The translations under genes and the position numbers were made by a program. Below are positions 9,891 through 19,431 of a stretch of 64,000 bases of DNA, piece by piece (position 1 is the first letter of the stretch; each line of letters opens with the position of its first letter). The stretch lies in NCBI RefSeq assembly GCF_044346625.1, contig NZ_JBIIYV010000004.1, positions 4,467 through 68,466 of the forward strand. The letters run 5' to 3'. The notes under the pieces were generated by a model, which saw only the letters and a list, made by a program, of their open reading frames with translations, was not told the DNA's origin and ran no database searches. Source of the stretch: Aquidulcibacter sp. (lineage in GTDB: Bacteria > Pseudomonadota > Alphaproteobacteria > Caulobacterales > Aquidulcibacteraceae).

Positions 9891-10021
9891 CCCCTTCACT
9901 GCCTTCGGCAGAGCTTCCCCGTAAACGGGGAAGCGGCAACGGAAGCAGCTGGGGCGTAGCCGCTTCCCCACTTGTGGGGTGTCGGCGCATGCGCCGATGT
10001 GTCCCGGAGGGACTGAAGGGG
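9891..10021. repeat. 131-nt multi-hairpin module closed by an 8-bp helix (BIME/REP-cluster-like or structured 3'UTR)
   Basis: The closing helix is CCCCTTCA (9891-9898) / TGAAGGGG (10014-10021). Inside it are these hairpins: CTGCC/GGCAG (9899-9911); GCTTCCCC-GTAAAC-GGGGAAGC (9913-9934); GGAAGC..GCTTCC (9941-9967); CCCC-ACTTGT-GGGG (9966-9979); the 16-bp perfect palindrome TCGGCGCATGCGCCGA (9982-9997); and GTCCC-GGA-GGGAC (10001-10013). Confidence 0.8.
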
Positions 10022-10034
10022 TATCTTCCCCCCC

Positions 10035-10508
10035 TCACAACCCCTTATAAAACACGATCTTCGTCGGCTCTCCCGGTGTCACATCAAGGCCTGCGACCAC
10101 AAAACCGGCTTTGAGATTGAGGATGGCCATGGCTTGGTTGGGTTGGCGGGTGGCGGTCTCTAATCCGCGAAAGCCTGCTTCCTTGGCCCAATCATGTTGG
10201 GCGGCCATCAAAGCTGCGGCGATGCCCTGCCCGCGGGCCTCTGGCGCGACGCCGCCCATCCAAGAGTTAAACACGCCGCGATTACGCTCATAGCCCAGCT
10301 TGAGGCCGATCAACTTGCCATCAAAGTTCAAAGCAACATGGGCGGAAAGGCTGCGCCGCCCTGCCAGTTTCTCAGCAAAGTTCGACCAGTCATCGGGCAG
10401 TACCACATCCAAGAAGGCCGCCAAATCATCTGCCTGCGCAATACAGCGTGGGCCATCCCAATGTTCAATCCTCTCGACTTGCATCAATTCAAATCCCCAC
10501 CTCGACAT
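10035..10508 (-). CDS. GNAT family N-acetyltransferase
   Basis: 157 aa. It has the acetyl-CoA-binding motif RGQGIAAALM followed by GFRGLETAT...N..A..L..K.GF. An alternative start is at 10484 (MQVERIEHW). Confidence 0.75.
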   Translation of the reverse strand: MSRWGFELMQVERIEHWDGPRCIAQADDLAAFLDVVLPDDWSNFAEKLAGRRSLSAHVALNFDGKLIGLKLGYERNRGVFNSWMGGVAPEARGQGIAAALMAAQHDWAKEAGFRGLETATRQPNQAMAILNLKAGFVVAGLDVTPGEPTKIVFYKGL

Positions 10509-10564
10509 GGCCCCACGAGCGCGTTAGACCTGCCCCCTAAAATCAATATGAGGGAGCCCTTAGC

Positions 10565-11014
10565 ATGACCAAGACCACCACATTTGCCACGATTGCAGAC
10601 CTTGCCGGCCAAGAAGTTGGCGCGTCAGACTGGCTGCTGATCGATCAAGACCGCGTCAATCTGTTTGCCGACGCAACTGGCGATCATCAATGGATCCATG
10701 TCGATGTGCCCCGCGCCACCGCCGAAATGGGTGGCCCGATTGCTCATGGATTTTTGACTCTGTCGTTGATTCCATTTTTGGGCAAAGACATCTTGAAAGT
10801 CGAAGGCGTCAGCCGCGGCATCAATTACGGCCTTAACAAAGTCCGCTTCACCAATATGGTCCGCGTTGGCTCGAAGGTCCGCGCCGTCCAAAAGCTGTTG
10901 AGCGTGGAGCCTAAGTCGGGCGGCTTGATGCTGACCAGCGAAGTGACGATTGAAATCGAAGGTGAAGCGCGCCCTGCATGCGTGGCTGAAACCGTCAGCA
11001 TGTTATTCGCATAG
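10565..11014 (+). CDS. MaoC-family (R)-specific enoyl-CoA hydratase / dehydratase
   Basis: 149 aa. It has the hot-dog hydratase motif FADATGDHQWIHVD and IAHGFLTLSL. Confidence 0.8.
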   Translation: MTKTTTFATIADLAGQEVGASDWLLIDQDRVNLFADATGDHQWIHVDVPRATAEMGGPIAHGFLTLSLIPFLGKDILKVEGVSRGINYGLNKVRFTNMVRVGSKVRAVQKLLSVEPKSGGLMLTSEVTIEIEGEARPACVAETVSMLFA

Positions 11015-11126
11015 AGCAAATCCCACTCTAACTTAAACAGATAGAGTGGGCTTTGCTCTAATTTTGATTTTGCGCGCAACTTTGATCCAAGTGGATCAAA
11101 ACGCGCTCTTGTACAAAGGACTTACG

Positions 11127-11594
11127 ATGTCTCGCATTGAAGCTCGCCTGCAGGAACTCGGCATCACATTGCCAAACCCACCTGCCCCGGTGGCCAGCTA
11201 TGTGCCGTTCACCCGCGTGGGCGGCTTGGTTCATATCTCGGGCCAAGTCTCGCGCGCGGCCGATGGCGATCATTTGGGTCGGCTGGGCGGCGATCTGATC
11301 TTGGAGCAGGGTCAAGCTGCTGCCCGTGTCTGTGGCCTTAACTTGCTTGCGCAATTGAAGGCCGCCTGTGACGGTGACTTGGACCGGCTGGTTCAAGTCG
11401 TGAAGCTCAACGGCTTTGTGAATGTGACGCCAGACTTCAATCCCATCCCGCAAGTGATGAACGGCTGTTCGGACCTGATGGTTGAAGTCTTAGGTGACGC
11501 GGGCAAGCACGCCCGCTCTGCCGTAGGCGTTGCCAATCTGCCGATGGGCTTTGCCGTAGAAGTCGACGGCGTGTTCGAAATCGCCTCTGCCTAA
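11127..11594 (+). CDS. RidA/YjgF-family protein
   Basis: ORF 11046..11594 trimmed to the ATG at 11127 (MSRIEARLQELGITLP...). The pattern VGGLVHISGQ ... ARSAVGVANLPMGFAVEVDGVFE is typical of the RidA/RutC family. Confidence 0.75.
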   Translation: MSRIEARLQELGITLPNPPAPVASYVPFTRVGGLVHISGQVSRAADGDHLGRLGGDLILEQGQAAARVCGLNLLAQLKAACDGDLDRLVQVVKLNGFVNVTPDFNPIPQVMNGCSDLMVEVLGDAGKHARSAVGVANLPMGFAVEVDGVFEIASA

Positions 11595-11618
11595 GCCGAT
11601 ACTGGCCAGCAGCGTGCC

Positions 11619-12089
11619 TCAGTGATGGGGTGCCCTGCTGGCCAATAATTCTGCCCGCACCCGGAGGGACTTTCGGGCATAGGAAATCTCAATCAAGAAT
11701 GAGATCAGCCCGCCAATAAGCGAGGCCATGGTGGCAATGAACAAAATTGCTACGACGCGCGACAGATCAATCGTGATCAGCTCCACCGAAAACAAAGCGA
11801 CGATCAACAAGCAGACCAAGAGGATCGCCATTGTCGACAACATGATGGCATTATGAATCCAATTCATGCGCTGATCGAGAACCCTAAGCTCCGCAAGATG
11901 TCGATTGGTGTGCTGCCCCGAACCCATCGGTGAATCAAGGTCAAGTTCAATGGCGCGGCCTCGGTCAACCACGCGGGCCAAGCGCGACGTTAGGACGTTT
12001 AGCAAGGTCCCAATGCCTGCGATCAGGAAGACCGGCGCAATGGACAGTTGGATGATCTGAACTATGTCGTGGGAGGAAGCAAAAGGCAT
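11619..12089 (-). CDS. DUF2721-type membrane protein
   Basis: 156 aa. It begins with a hydrophobic helix (IIQLSIAPVFLIAGIGTLLNVLTSRLARVVDR) and has two further TM helices, a pattern I recall for DUF2721. Confidence 0.6.
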   Translation of the reverse strand: MPFASSHDIVQIIQLSIAPVFLIAGIGTLLNVLTSRLARVVDRGRAIELDLDSPMGSGQHTNRHLAELRVLDQRMNWIHNAIMLSTMAILLVCLLIVALFSVELITIDLSRVVAILFIATMASLIGGLISFLIEISYARKSLRVRAELLASRAPHH

Positions 12090-12193
12090 ATGGTTAGTCT
12101 AGGCCTCAATCACCAAAAGTCGATGGTATTCGCTTGGATCACACAGCAATTGGCCTTTGCACCGCCATCTTCCTCGACTAGCTAAAGGTCATC

Positions 12194-13399
12194 ATGACAC
12201 AAGAGACTGAGTCCCCTAACAGCGAGCCGGAGTTTACGATCAAGATCGTGAATTCAATCGCAGACGTGGCGCGCGAGACTTGGGATGGTTTGGCCAATCC
12301 AGCGGGGGTTCCGTTTGACCCCTTCCTGTCTTGGGACTTTCTGCAAGCGTTGGAAGAAAGCGGCTGTGCCACCAGCTTTACCGGCTGGGGCGGGCGGCAT
12401 TTATTGTGTTTAGATGGCGCGCAGAATGTAGTTGGCCTAGTACCGCTGTGGCTTAAATCGCATTCGCAAGGCGAATATATTTTCGACCATAATTTTGCCG
12501 ACGCGTGGCAGCGCGCCGGCGGGCGCTGGTACCCCAAATTGACCAGTGCCGTGCCCTTTACCCCCGTTCCCGGCCGCAGGCTTCTGGTGAAGCCAGACGA
12601 AAATGCAGGCCTGATCCGGGTCGCCCTAATCTCTGCGCTTGAGCAAATTGGTGCCCAGAGTGGGCTTGCAACCGTGCAAGTGAATTTCGCCAAGGATGAA
12701 GACCTAGCCGCTTTGGACTCTTGCAAGTGGCTGTTGCGCGAAGATCGCCAGTTTCATTTCTTCAATCCGGGTTATCAGAGCTTTGATGATTTTCTCGCTG
12801 AGCTCTCTTCAGACAAACGCAAGAATTTGCGCAAGGAACGCGCTAAAGCCAAAGAAGGCATTGAGATTGTACGCCTTACTGGTTCAGAAATCTTGGAAGT
12901 GCATTGGGACCATTTCTTTGAGTGCTATCAGGATACCGGTGCGCGCAAATGGGGCACACCCTATCTGAACCGCCGTTTCTTCTCGCTGCTTGGCGAACGC
13001 ATGGCAGATCGGCTGGTGCTGATACTGGCCAAGGAGGGTGACCGCTTTATCGCCTCAGCCCTCAACTTCTTGGGCTCGGATACGATTTTTGGCCGCTGGT
13101 GGGGACGCCTCGAGGACCGCCCCTTTCTCCATTTTGAGCTATGCTATTACCAAGCGATTGATGAGGCCATCGAACGCGGCCTCGCCCGGGTTGAGGCAGG
13201 CGCACAAGGTGGCCACAAACTGGCGCGCGGCTATGTGCCGGTCTCGACGTGGCAAGCGAGCTGGATTGCTGATCGTGGCCTGCGCTCGGCCATTGCGGAC
13301 TATTTGAAGCATGAGCGCGCCTCGATTGCCGATGATACCCATTGGCTAAAAGAAAGAACGCCATTCCGGCACGTCGTTCAACAGGTGGACAGCCCCTAG
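12194..13399 (+). CDS. FemAB-like / DUF482 (COG3146) GNAT-fold protein
   Basis: 401 aa. The N-terminal DPFLSWDFLQALEESGC and SHSQGEYIFDHNFADAW motifs are characteristic of the DUF482 family. Confidence 0.65.
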   Translation: MTQETESPNSEPEFTIKIVNSIADVARETWDGLANPAGVPFDPFLSWDFLQALEESGCATSFTGWGGRHLLCLDGAQNVVGLVPLWLKSHSQGEYIFDHNFADAWQRAGGRWYPKLTSAVPFTPVPGRRLLVKPDENAGLIRVALISALEQIGAQSGLATVQVNFAKDEDLAALDSCKWLLREDRQFHFFNPGYQSFDDFLAELSSDKRKNLRKERAKAKEGIEIVRLTGSEILEVHWDHFFECYQDTGARKWGTPYLNRRFFSLLGERMADRLVLILAKEGDRFIASALNFLGSDTIFGRWWGRLEDRPFLHFELCYYQAIDEAIERGLARVEAGAQGGHKLARGYVPVSTWQASWIADRGLRSAIADYLKHERASIADDTHWLKERTPFRHVVQQVDSP

Positions 13400-13486
13400 G
13401 TTATACTTTTGTTTTGCTTTTAAAACGATCGACGCGTGTTAGCTTTACTTACTTTTGATAAAACATAACAAAGATCGCGAGCAAAA

Positions 13487-13687
13487 ATGGGAGAATGTCA
13501 CCAAGATTTCGAAACGGCGCTTGCCGGCGATGAGCTGGCTCGGCAGACGTTTAGCTGGCTTGCCCCCAGCCACCGCCATGACTTTGTTAGTTGGATTGAT
13601 GCCGCCGCGGCAGAGCGCGATCGGCTTAGTCGCATTCAGGCAGCGGTTGATATCTTGGCCGGGCGAGAAGTCGTTCGCCGAAACTAG
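13487..13687 (+). CDS. Small YdeI/OmpD-associated-family protein (tentative)
   Basis: 66 aa. FSWLAPSHRHDFVSWIDAAAAERDRLSRIQAAVDILA resembles the YdeI C-terminal module. The SD is weak, so coding status is less certain. Confidence 0.45.
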   Translation: MGECHQDFETALAGDELARQTFSWLAPSHRHDFVSWIDAAAAERDRLSRIQAAVDILAGREVVRRN

Positions 13688-13767
13688 ATTTTGAACGGCC
13701 CAATCGCGATGGACCCATTTCGGATTTGATTGGAATCACGCGAAGGGTTTAGGGAAAGGTCATTCCC

Positions 13768-14199
13768 ATGCATCTGTCGACACCCTATGATCCCCAAAAC
13801 ATCTTTGCGAAGATTTTGCGCGGCGAAATGCCCTGCTTGAAAGTCTATGAGGATGAGGTTTGTCTGGCCTTTCTCGACATTTTCCCGCAAGGCCCGGGCC
13901 ACACGTTGGTGGTCCCCAAAGTCGCCGCAACCAATCTGTTGACCCTGCCAACTGATGCACTTGGGCCCTATATGGCGAGCGTGCAGAAAGTCGCGCGGGC
14001 GGTCCAGAAAGCCTTTCAAGCCGAAGGCCTGACCGTACTTCAATTTAATGGGGCCGCGGGTGGGCAGACCGTTTTTCACCTACATTTCCACCTGATACCC
14101 AGGCGAGAAGGGGTTGGCCTCATCGGGCATGGGCAGGCTGGCAAAGCGTCTGAAGAAGACCTCATCTCGCATCAGGCAGCCATCCTAGCGGCCTTTTAG
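13768..14199 (+). CDS. HIT (histidine triad) family protein
   Basis: 143 aa. It has the histidine triad HLHFHLIP, and the SD GGGAAAGG lies upstream of the ATG. Confidence 0.85.
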   Translation: MHLSTPYDPQNIFAKILRGEMPCLKVYEDEVCLAFLDIFPQGPGHTLVVPKVAATNLLTLPTDALGPYMASVQKVARAVQKAFQAEGLTVLQFNGAAGGQTVFHLHFHLIPRREGVGLIGHGQAGKASEEDLISHQAAILAAF

Positions 14200-14210
14200 G
14201 TCCCTGCTCG

Positions 14211-14915
14211 ATGCCTTACCGCACCATTGACGCTGATCTTGTTCTACAGACGCTTGAAAAATTAAGTCTGCGCATTGGGGAGCGTTTTCCCAAAGCAGGC
14301 CTCGGAAGCGTTTGTGCCGAGCTTGCGCTCTTAGCGACCGATACCCAAAACCGCGTCACAGAGCTTGCTAAGCCAAGGATTTGGATCAGGGCCGGCGTTG
14401 GCTTGGTTTTGGCGGCGGGCGCAGGTCTTGCTGCTTACGGCATCCACACCATCGGCTTTAAGTCGGGCGAGACCGAGATGCTGTCCCTCGTCTCGGCGCT
14501 TGAATCAGCGGTCAACCTTTTGCTGGTGGTTGGTGCGGGGGTATTCTCACTGACCAGCCTTGAAGCACGGCTAAAGCGCCACACAGCCATGGGCGCGCTG
14601 CATGAGTTGCGCTCCATCATCCATGTCATCGACATGCACCAGTTGACCAAAGACCCCGTCATGTTTGGGGCCAAGCGCACCAAAGCAAGCCCCGATCACA
14701 AGCTCTCGCCGTTCGAACTCGTGCGTTATCTTGATTATTGTTCTGAGATGTTATCGCTTTCTGGCAAGCTCGCCGCACTCTATGCGCAAGACTTCAATGA
14801 CCCTGATGTGATCGAGGCAGCTTCAGACATTGAGCAATTGGCAACCAATCTATCGCAAAAAGTCTGGCAAAAGATCACGATTGTCCAAGCGAGCGGTAAT
14901 GCCATGTCGGCCTAA
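14211..14915 (+). CDS. Hypothetical two-TM membrane protein
   Basis: 234 aa with two central hydrophobic helices (IWIRAGVGLVLAAGAGLAAYGI and LLLVVGAGVFSLTSL) flanked by helical soluble regions. I recognise no family motif. Confidence 0.55.
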   Translation: MPYRTIDADLVLQTLEKLSLRIGERFPKAGLGSVCAELALLATDTQNRVTELAKPRIWIRAGVGLVLAAGAGLAAYGIHTIGFKSGETEMLSLVSALESAVNLLLVVGAGVFSLTSLEARLKRHTAMGALHELRSIIHVIDMHQLTKDPVMFGAKRTKASPDHKLSPFELVRYLDYCSEMLSLSGKLAALYAQDFNDPDVIEAASDIEQLATNLSQKVWQKITIVQASGNAMSA

Positions 14916-15014
14916 CAGCGCTTGGATTGAGCCTCGCCCCACCTATTACCAACCGCATTTAGGTAATTGTAACGACACCCGTGCCATAGAGCACCGGTCG
15001 CAGGAGTGTTAGTT

Positions 15015-15875
15015 ATGGCGAATTGGGTAAGTCGTGCGTTGGCTGACATAGAATCACAGACAGACAATGCGTCTGGCGTTGCAGCGCTTCGGGCTGCCAT
15101 GATGAAGGACGGTGTGATCCAGCAGGCCGAAGCGCAGACCTTAATCGCCATCCACCGCTCTGGCAGGCGCCCTTCAGGCGATGCAGGTTGGGCAGACCTC
15201 TTTGTTGAAGCGATGACCGACTATTACGCTTTGACGCGTGAAGTGCCGCATTACCGCGAAGAAGAGCTCAATCCAAATTGGTGTCACGCCATCAAGCGCA
15301 CGCTCGACGCTTTGGCATTTGATACGCTACCTGATGTTGCCGCAGGGCCGACCTATAACGAACGCCTTGCCGCTTTGGGCGTGTCGGAGGAAGATGCCCA
15401 AGTATTGATCGATGCCTTTGTGGCCGATGGCATGGTGTTGGACGCTACGGAAATGCGGGTACTTTCCGCCTTGTTTGCCCGCGCCAATGTCTATCCAGCA
15501 AACCTGCGCACCTTCGCTTGGCAAACCGTGCAAGCCAGCGTCTTGGCAGACAAGACCATCCAAGCCCATGAGGTCAATCTGATCCGGTCTATGGTGATGG
15601 GCCCCGCCAGCCAGTCTGGCATCGCGGTGGACCGCGTTGAGGCAGACATGTTGTGCGCGCTCGACCAAGCCGTCGCCGACAGCCAAAAGGACCCGAGTTG
15701 GGCAACCTTATTTGCACAGGGAATTGGCAACCATCTCTTGTTCGCAAGTGGCACCCCAGGACGCGTCGACGGACAAGAGCGCCTTTGGCTTAATGAGAAG
15801 CTAGGCCACGGACCAACGGCCGCAACAAAGGCTTTAGAAGCCTTCCTTGCGGCCGAAGTCGGTTCACACGCCTAA
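15015..15875 (+). CDS. Hypothetical protein with repeated TerB-like helical modules
   Basis: ORF 15006..15875. The ATG at 15015 has an AGGAG SD 8 nt upstream. The protein has four DG-x-[IVL]-x3-E-x2-[LI]-type modules (KDGVIQQAEAQTLI, ADGMVLDATEMRVL, ADKTIQAHEVNLI, VDGQERLWL). Confidence 0.5.
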   Translation: MANWVSRALADIESQTDNASGVAALRAAMMKDGVIQQAEAQTLIAIHRSGRRPSGDAGWADLFVEAMTDYYALTREVPHYREEELNPNWCHAIKRTLDALAFDTLPDVAAGPTYNERLAALGVSEEDAQVLIDAFVADGMVLDATEMRVLSALFARANVYPANLRTFAWQTVQASVLADKTIQAHEVNLIRSMVMGPASQSGIAVDRVEADMLCALDQAVADSQKDPSWATLFAQGIGNHLLFASGTPGRVDGQERLWLNEKLGHGPTAATKALEAFLAAEVGSHA

Positions 15876-15885
15876 CGCCAGCGCC

Positions 15886-18231
15886 TTAGTTGCCTGAATC
15901 GGCATCCTCAGCTTCGGGCTGAGCTGCACCCTTTTTGCCGGGCTTGGGCAGTGCTGGTTCGAAGAAGAAGGTGAGTTGTTCTGCCTGCTCGCTATCCACG
16001 TCGACGCGGACAAGGCCACCCTTCTTCAACTTGCCAAACAGCAATTCGTCCGCCAGCGGCTTCTTGATATGCTCTTGGATCAAGCGACCCAGCGGACGCG
16101 CGCCCATGGCGGGATCATAGCCGCGGACGGCGAGCCAACTGCGGGCTGCATCGGTCAATTCAATCTCAACTTGACGATCCGCCAATTGTGCTTCCAATTG
16201 TAGGACGAACTTATCGACCACATTGGCAACAATCTCTGGCGTCAGAGCTTTGAAGTGAATGACAGCGTCGAGCCGGTTGCGGAATTCAGGCGTGAACAAG
16301 CGTTTGATCGCTTCGCTCTCTTCATCATCCTTCTTCCCGCGCCCAAAGCCAATGCCATCCTTAGCCGCATCAGACGCACCCGCATTGGTTGTCATGATCA
16401 CAACCACATTGCGGAAGTCGACCTTCTTGCCATTGGCATCGGTCAGCGAGCCGTGATCCATGACCTGCAACAAGATGTTGTAGAGGTCTGGGTGAGCTTT
16501 TTCGATTTCATCCAACAACAAGACGCAATGGGGATGCTGGTCGATGCCGTCGGTCAAAAGACCGCCTTGGTCAAAGCCAACATAGCCTGGAGGCGCGCCA
16601 ATCAAACGGCTAACAGAGTGACGTTCCATATATTCGGACATGTCAAACCGCAGCATTTCGACGCCCATCGTATTGGCCAATTGCTTAGCCGCCTCTGTTT
16701 TACCAACCCCGGTCGGGCCAGAGAACAGATAAGAGCCGATAGGCTTGTTGGGATCACGCAGACCTGCACGGGCTAGCTTGATCGACGCCGCCAAAGCCGT
16801 CAAAGCTGCATCCTGACCAAACACGACCCGACGCAAATCAGTTTCCAAAGTGCGTAGCGCTTCAGTGTCAGACTTGGTGACAGATTTGGATGGAATGCGG
16901 GCAATTTTGGCAACAACCGCCTCGATCTCCTTGACGCCAATTGTCTTTTTCCGTTTGCTTTCAGGCAGCAACATTTGGCTTGCGCCGGTTTCATCGATCA
17001 CATCAATCGCTTTGTCCGGCAATTTGCGATCGCCAATATATTTGGCCGACAATTCCACAGCGGCTTTGATCGCTTCGGCGGTGTAGCGCACTTTGTGATG
17101 TTCTTCATAAGCCGACTTCAGACCCAAAAGGATTTTCACGGTGTCCGGGATCGAAGGCTCAACCACGTCAATCTTTTGGAAGCGACGCACCAGAGCGCGA
17201 TCTTTTTCAAAATGCTGACGATACTCCTTATAGGTCGTCGAACCCATACAGCGCATGGTGCCGGACTGAAGCGCGGGCTTTAGAAGGTTTGAAGCATCCA
17301 TCGCCCCACCACTAGTAGCACCTGCCCCGATGACCGTGTGGATTTCGTCGATGAAGAGGATGGCGTTGGGATGGGCTTCCAATTCCTTCACCACTTGCTT
17401 CAAGCGCTCCTCAAAGTCACCGCGATAGCGTGTGCCAGCCAGAAGCGCGCCCATGTCGAGCGAGAAGATTGTGGATTCTAAAAGAATATCTGGCACATCG
17501 CCTTCAACGATGCGACGGGCCAAGCCTTCAGCAATCGCGGTTTTGCCCACGCCAGGATCGCCAACCAACAGCGGATTGTTCTTCTGACGGCGGCACAAGA
17601 TTTGGATAGCGCGCTCAACTTCGTCGACGCGACCAATCAAGGGATCGACCCGCCCTTTGCGCGACTTTTCATTAAGATCGACGCAATAGGTGGCCAAGGC
17701 CTCACCGGTGCTGGGCTTTTCCTTTGTGGTCGCGCTCTCTTCTTGGCGCTCTTCAGAAGCCCCTTTGACGCGCTTCTGCTCCGTCATGCCGGGGCGCTTG
17801 GCCACGCCATGGGAGATGAAGTTCACCGCATCATAGCGGGTCATGTCCTGTTCTTGCAGGAAGTAAGCCGCATGGCTCTCCCGCTCCGAGAACAAGGCAA
17901 CCAACACATTGGCCCCGGTTACTTCCGTACGACCTGAACTTTCGACATGGATGACTGCGCGCTGGATAACGCGTTGGAAGCCAGCCGTCGGCCGCGCTTC
18001 GCTTTCACCCGAGACGATCAGATTCTTAAGTTCGCCATCGATATAGCCGTTCAAATCTGTTTTGAGCCGATCTAGATCGACATTACAGGCCTTTAGCACA
18101 TGGGCTGCGTCTTCATCCTCGATCAAGGCGACCAGCAAATGTTCGAGGGTTGCATATTCATGCTTATGCTCATTAGCGAAAGCGATAGCACGGTGGAGCG
18201 ATTGTTCTAGGCCGCGGGAGAATGAGGGCAC
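15886..18231 (-). CDS. clpA: ATP-dependent Clp protease ATP-binding subunit ClpA
   Basis: 781 aa. It has an N-terminal Clp repeat domain and two AAA+ modules with Walker A motifs GDPGVGKT and GPTGVGKT. clpS lies immediately upstream. Confidence 0.92.
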   Translation of the reverse strand: MPSFSRGLEQSLHRAIAFANEHKHEYATLEHLLVALIEDEDAAHVLKACNVDLDRLKTDLNGYIDGELKNLIVSGESEARPTAGFQRVIQRAVIHVESSGRTEVTGANVLVALFSERESHAAYFLQEQDMTRYDAVNFISHGVAKRPGMTEQKRVKGASEERQEESATTKEKPSTGEALATYCVDLNEKSRKGRVDPLIGRVDEVERAIQILCRRQKNNPLLVGDPGVGKTAIAEGLARRIVEGDVPDILLESTIFSLDMGALLAGTRYRGDFEERLKQVVKELEAHPNAILFIDEIHTVIGAGATSGGAMDASNLLKPALQSGTMRCMGSTTYKEYRQHFEKDRALVRRFQKIDVVEPSIPDTVKILLGLKSAYEEHHKVRYTAEAIKAAVELSAKYIGDRKLPDKAIDVIDETGASQMLLPESKRKKTIGVKEIEAVVAKIARIPSKSVTKSDTEALRTLETDLRRVVFGQDAALTALAASIKLARAGLRDPNKPIGSYLFSGPTGVGKTEAAKQLANTMGVEMLRFDMSEYMERHSVSRLIGAPPGYVGFDQGGLLTDGIDQHPHCVLLLDEIEKAHPDLYNILLQVMDHGSLTDANGKKVDFRNVVVIMTTNAGASDAAKDGIGFGRGKKDDEESEAIKRLFTPEFRNRLDAVIHFKALTPEIVANVVDKFVLQLEAQLADRQVEIELTDAARSWLAVRGYDPAMGARPLGRLIQEHIKKPLADELLFGKLKKGGLVRVDVDSEQAEQLTFFFEPALPKPGKKGAAQPEAEDADSGN

Positions 18232-18234
18232 GTT

Positions 18235-18612
18235 CTACTCCTTTTCCATGGTACATTGCAGGGGATGCTGATTGCGCCGCGCCAAATCTAGGACTTGGGC
18301 TACTTTGGTCTCAGCAACTTCGTAGGAATAAATGCCGCACACACCGACCCCCGATTGATGCACATGCAACATGATACGTGTCGCACTCTCACGGGTTTTG
18401 TTGAAGAAGCGCTCTAAAACATAAACCACAAACTCCATCGGCGTGTAGTCATCATTCAAAACCAACACCCGATAGAGGGAAGGCTTTTTAGTCTTTGGTT
18501 TCGCACGCGCAACAACGGCCGTACTGCGTCCGCCACCAGGGATGTCCCCATCGGTGCCAAAACCATCATCGTCCATATCGTTACCGCGTTCGTCGCTCAT
18601 CTGATCTACCAT
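18235..18612 (-). CDS. clpS: ATP-dependent Clp protease adaptor ClpS
   Basis: ORF 18235..18666 has a TTG start. I prefer the ATG at 18612 (MVDQMSDE...), though the start remains uncertain. The core [25 protein letters not shown]...[10 protein letters not shown] is diagnostic. Confidence 0.85.
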   Translation of the reverse strand: MVDQMSDERGNDMDDDGFGTDGDIPGGGRSTAVVARAKPKTKKPSLYRVLVLNDDYTPMEFVVYVLERFFNKTRESATRIMLHVHQSGVGVCGIYSYEVAETKVAQVLDLARRNQHPLQCTMEKE

Positions 18613-18769
18613 TTCATGACGTCTGCGCTTGCAGACACTATGCTTGGGCTTCTTCGGGAAACTCAATCACTCTTTATAGATAAGTGCTTCGCGACGTTCT
18701 GGAAGCCTAAAACATGTGCAAGGGCTGGATAAGATCGCAGCAGCCCTTGGCTCCCGGGCATTAAGGCAC

Positions 18770-18799
18770 AAAAAAGGGCCCGAGGCATGCTCGGACCCC
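18770..18799 (-). terminator. Rho-independent terminator downstream of the phasin gene
   Basis: The minus strand reads GGGGTCCGAGCATGCCTCGGGCCC followed by TTTTTT, starting about 20 nt after the phasin stop. Confidence 0.75.
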
Positions 18800-18821
18800 T
18801 TTAATTCTGGAGGCTATCCGC

Positions 18822-19364
18822 TTAGCGGGCAGATTGAATCGAAGACCACGCTGCGCTGGTGCGCTCGCTGATTGGCTTGACCGACTCTTTCATCGCACCC
18901 AACATCACGTCAGACACTTTGGTGAATTCTGCAAAATAGGTGCTCATTGCTGATTTTGCGTAATCAGCTTGAATTTCAACGGCTTCTTGCAACGACTTTA
19001 CGCCGCCCAACGACTTTGCTGTTTCGGTCGCAAGTGCGGCAGAAGACTGCAGATAGGCCATAGAGATTTCAGACGCTTGCTTCATGCCTTCAGCGGCAAT
19101 CTTTGCCGAAGTGGTCATAGCTTCCATATTTGCCTTGGCGTGCACTGCGGCATCGCCAAAGCTGGCTTGCAGCTTTTCGTAACCGGCTTGGAAAGCTTCG
19201 GCAGTTGGGGTGATCACGGATTCGATCTTGTCGGACATGGTCAGTCTCTCCTCTTGGATGGGTTCGGGGATGCTTACAGTTTCTGAAATTACAGATGGGG
19301 AGGTTTCAGCCACCGCTGGTTTGGACACGCTAGGCCTCGCAGCACGTTTCTTTGTGGTCGTCAT
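18822..19364 (-). CDS. Phasin family protein
   Basis: The Ala-rich helical core (FQAGYEKLQASFGDAAVHAKANMEAMTTSAKIAAEG...) is typical of alphaproteobacterial phasins. Two candidate starts each have a GGAGAG SD: 19364 (MTTTKKRAARP...) and 19238 (MSDKIE...). The ORF-track start at 19406 is less likely. Confidence 0.7.
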   Translation of the reverse strand: MTTTKKRAARPSVSKPAVAETSPSVISETVSIPEPIQEERLTMSDKIESVITPTAEAFQAGYEKLQASFGDAAVHAKANMEAMTTSAKIAAEGMKQASEISMAYLQSSAALATETAKSLGGVKSLQEAVEIQADYAKSAMSTYFAEFTKVSDVMLGAMKESVKPISERTSAAWSSIQSAR

Positions 19365-19431
19365 CGTGACTCTCCGCGATAAGAATGACAGTGCAAATGA
19401 GGCCAACTTCTTAGCTCCTCACCGCTCTATC

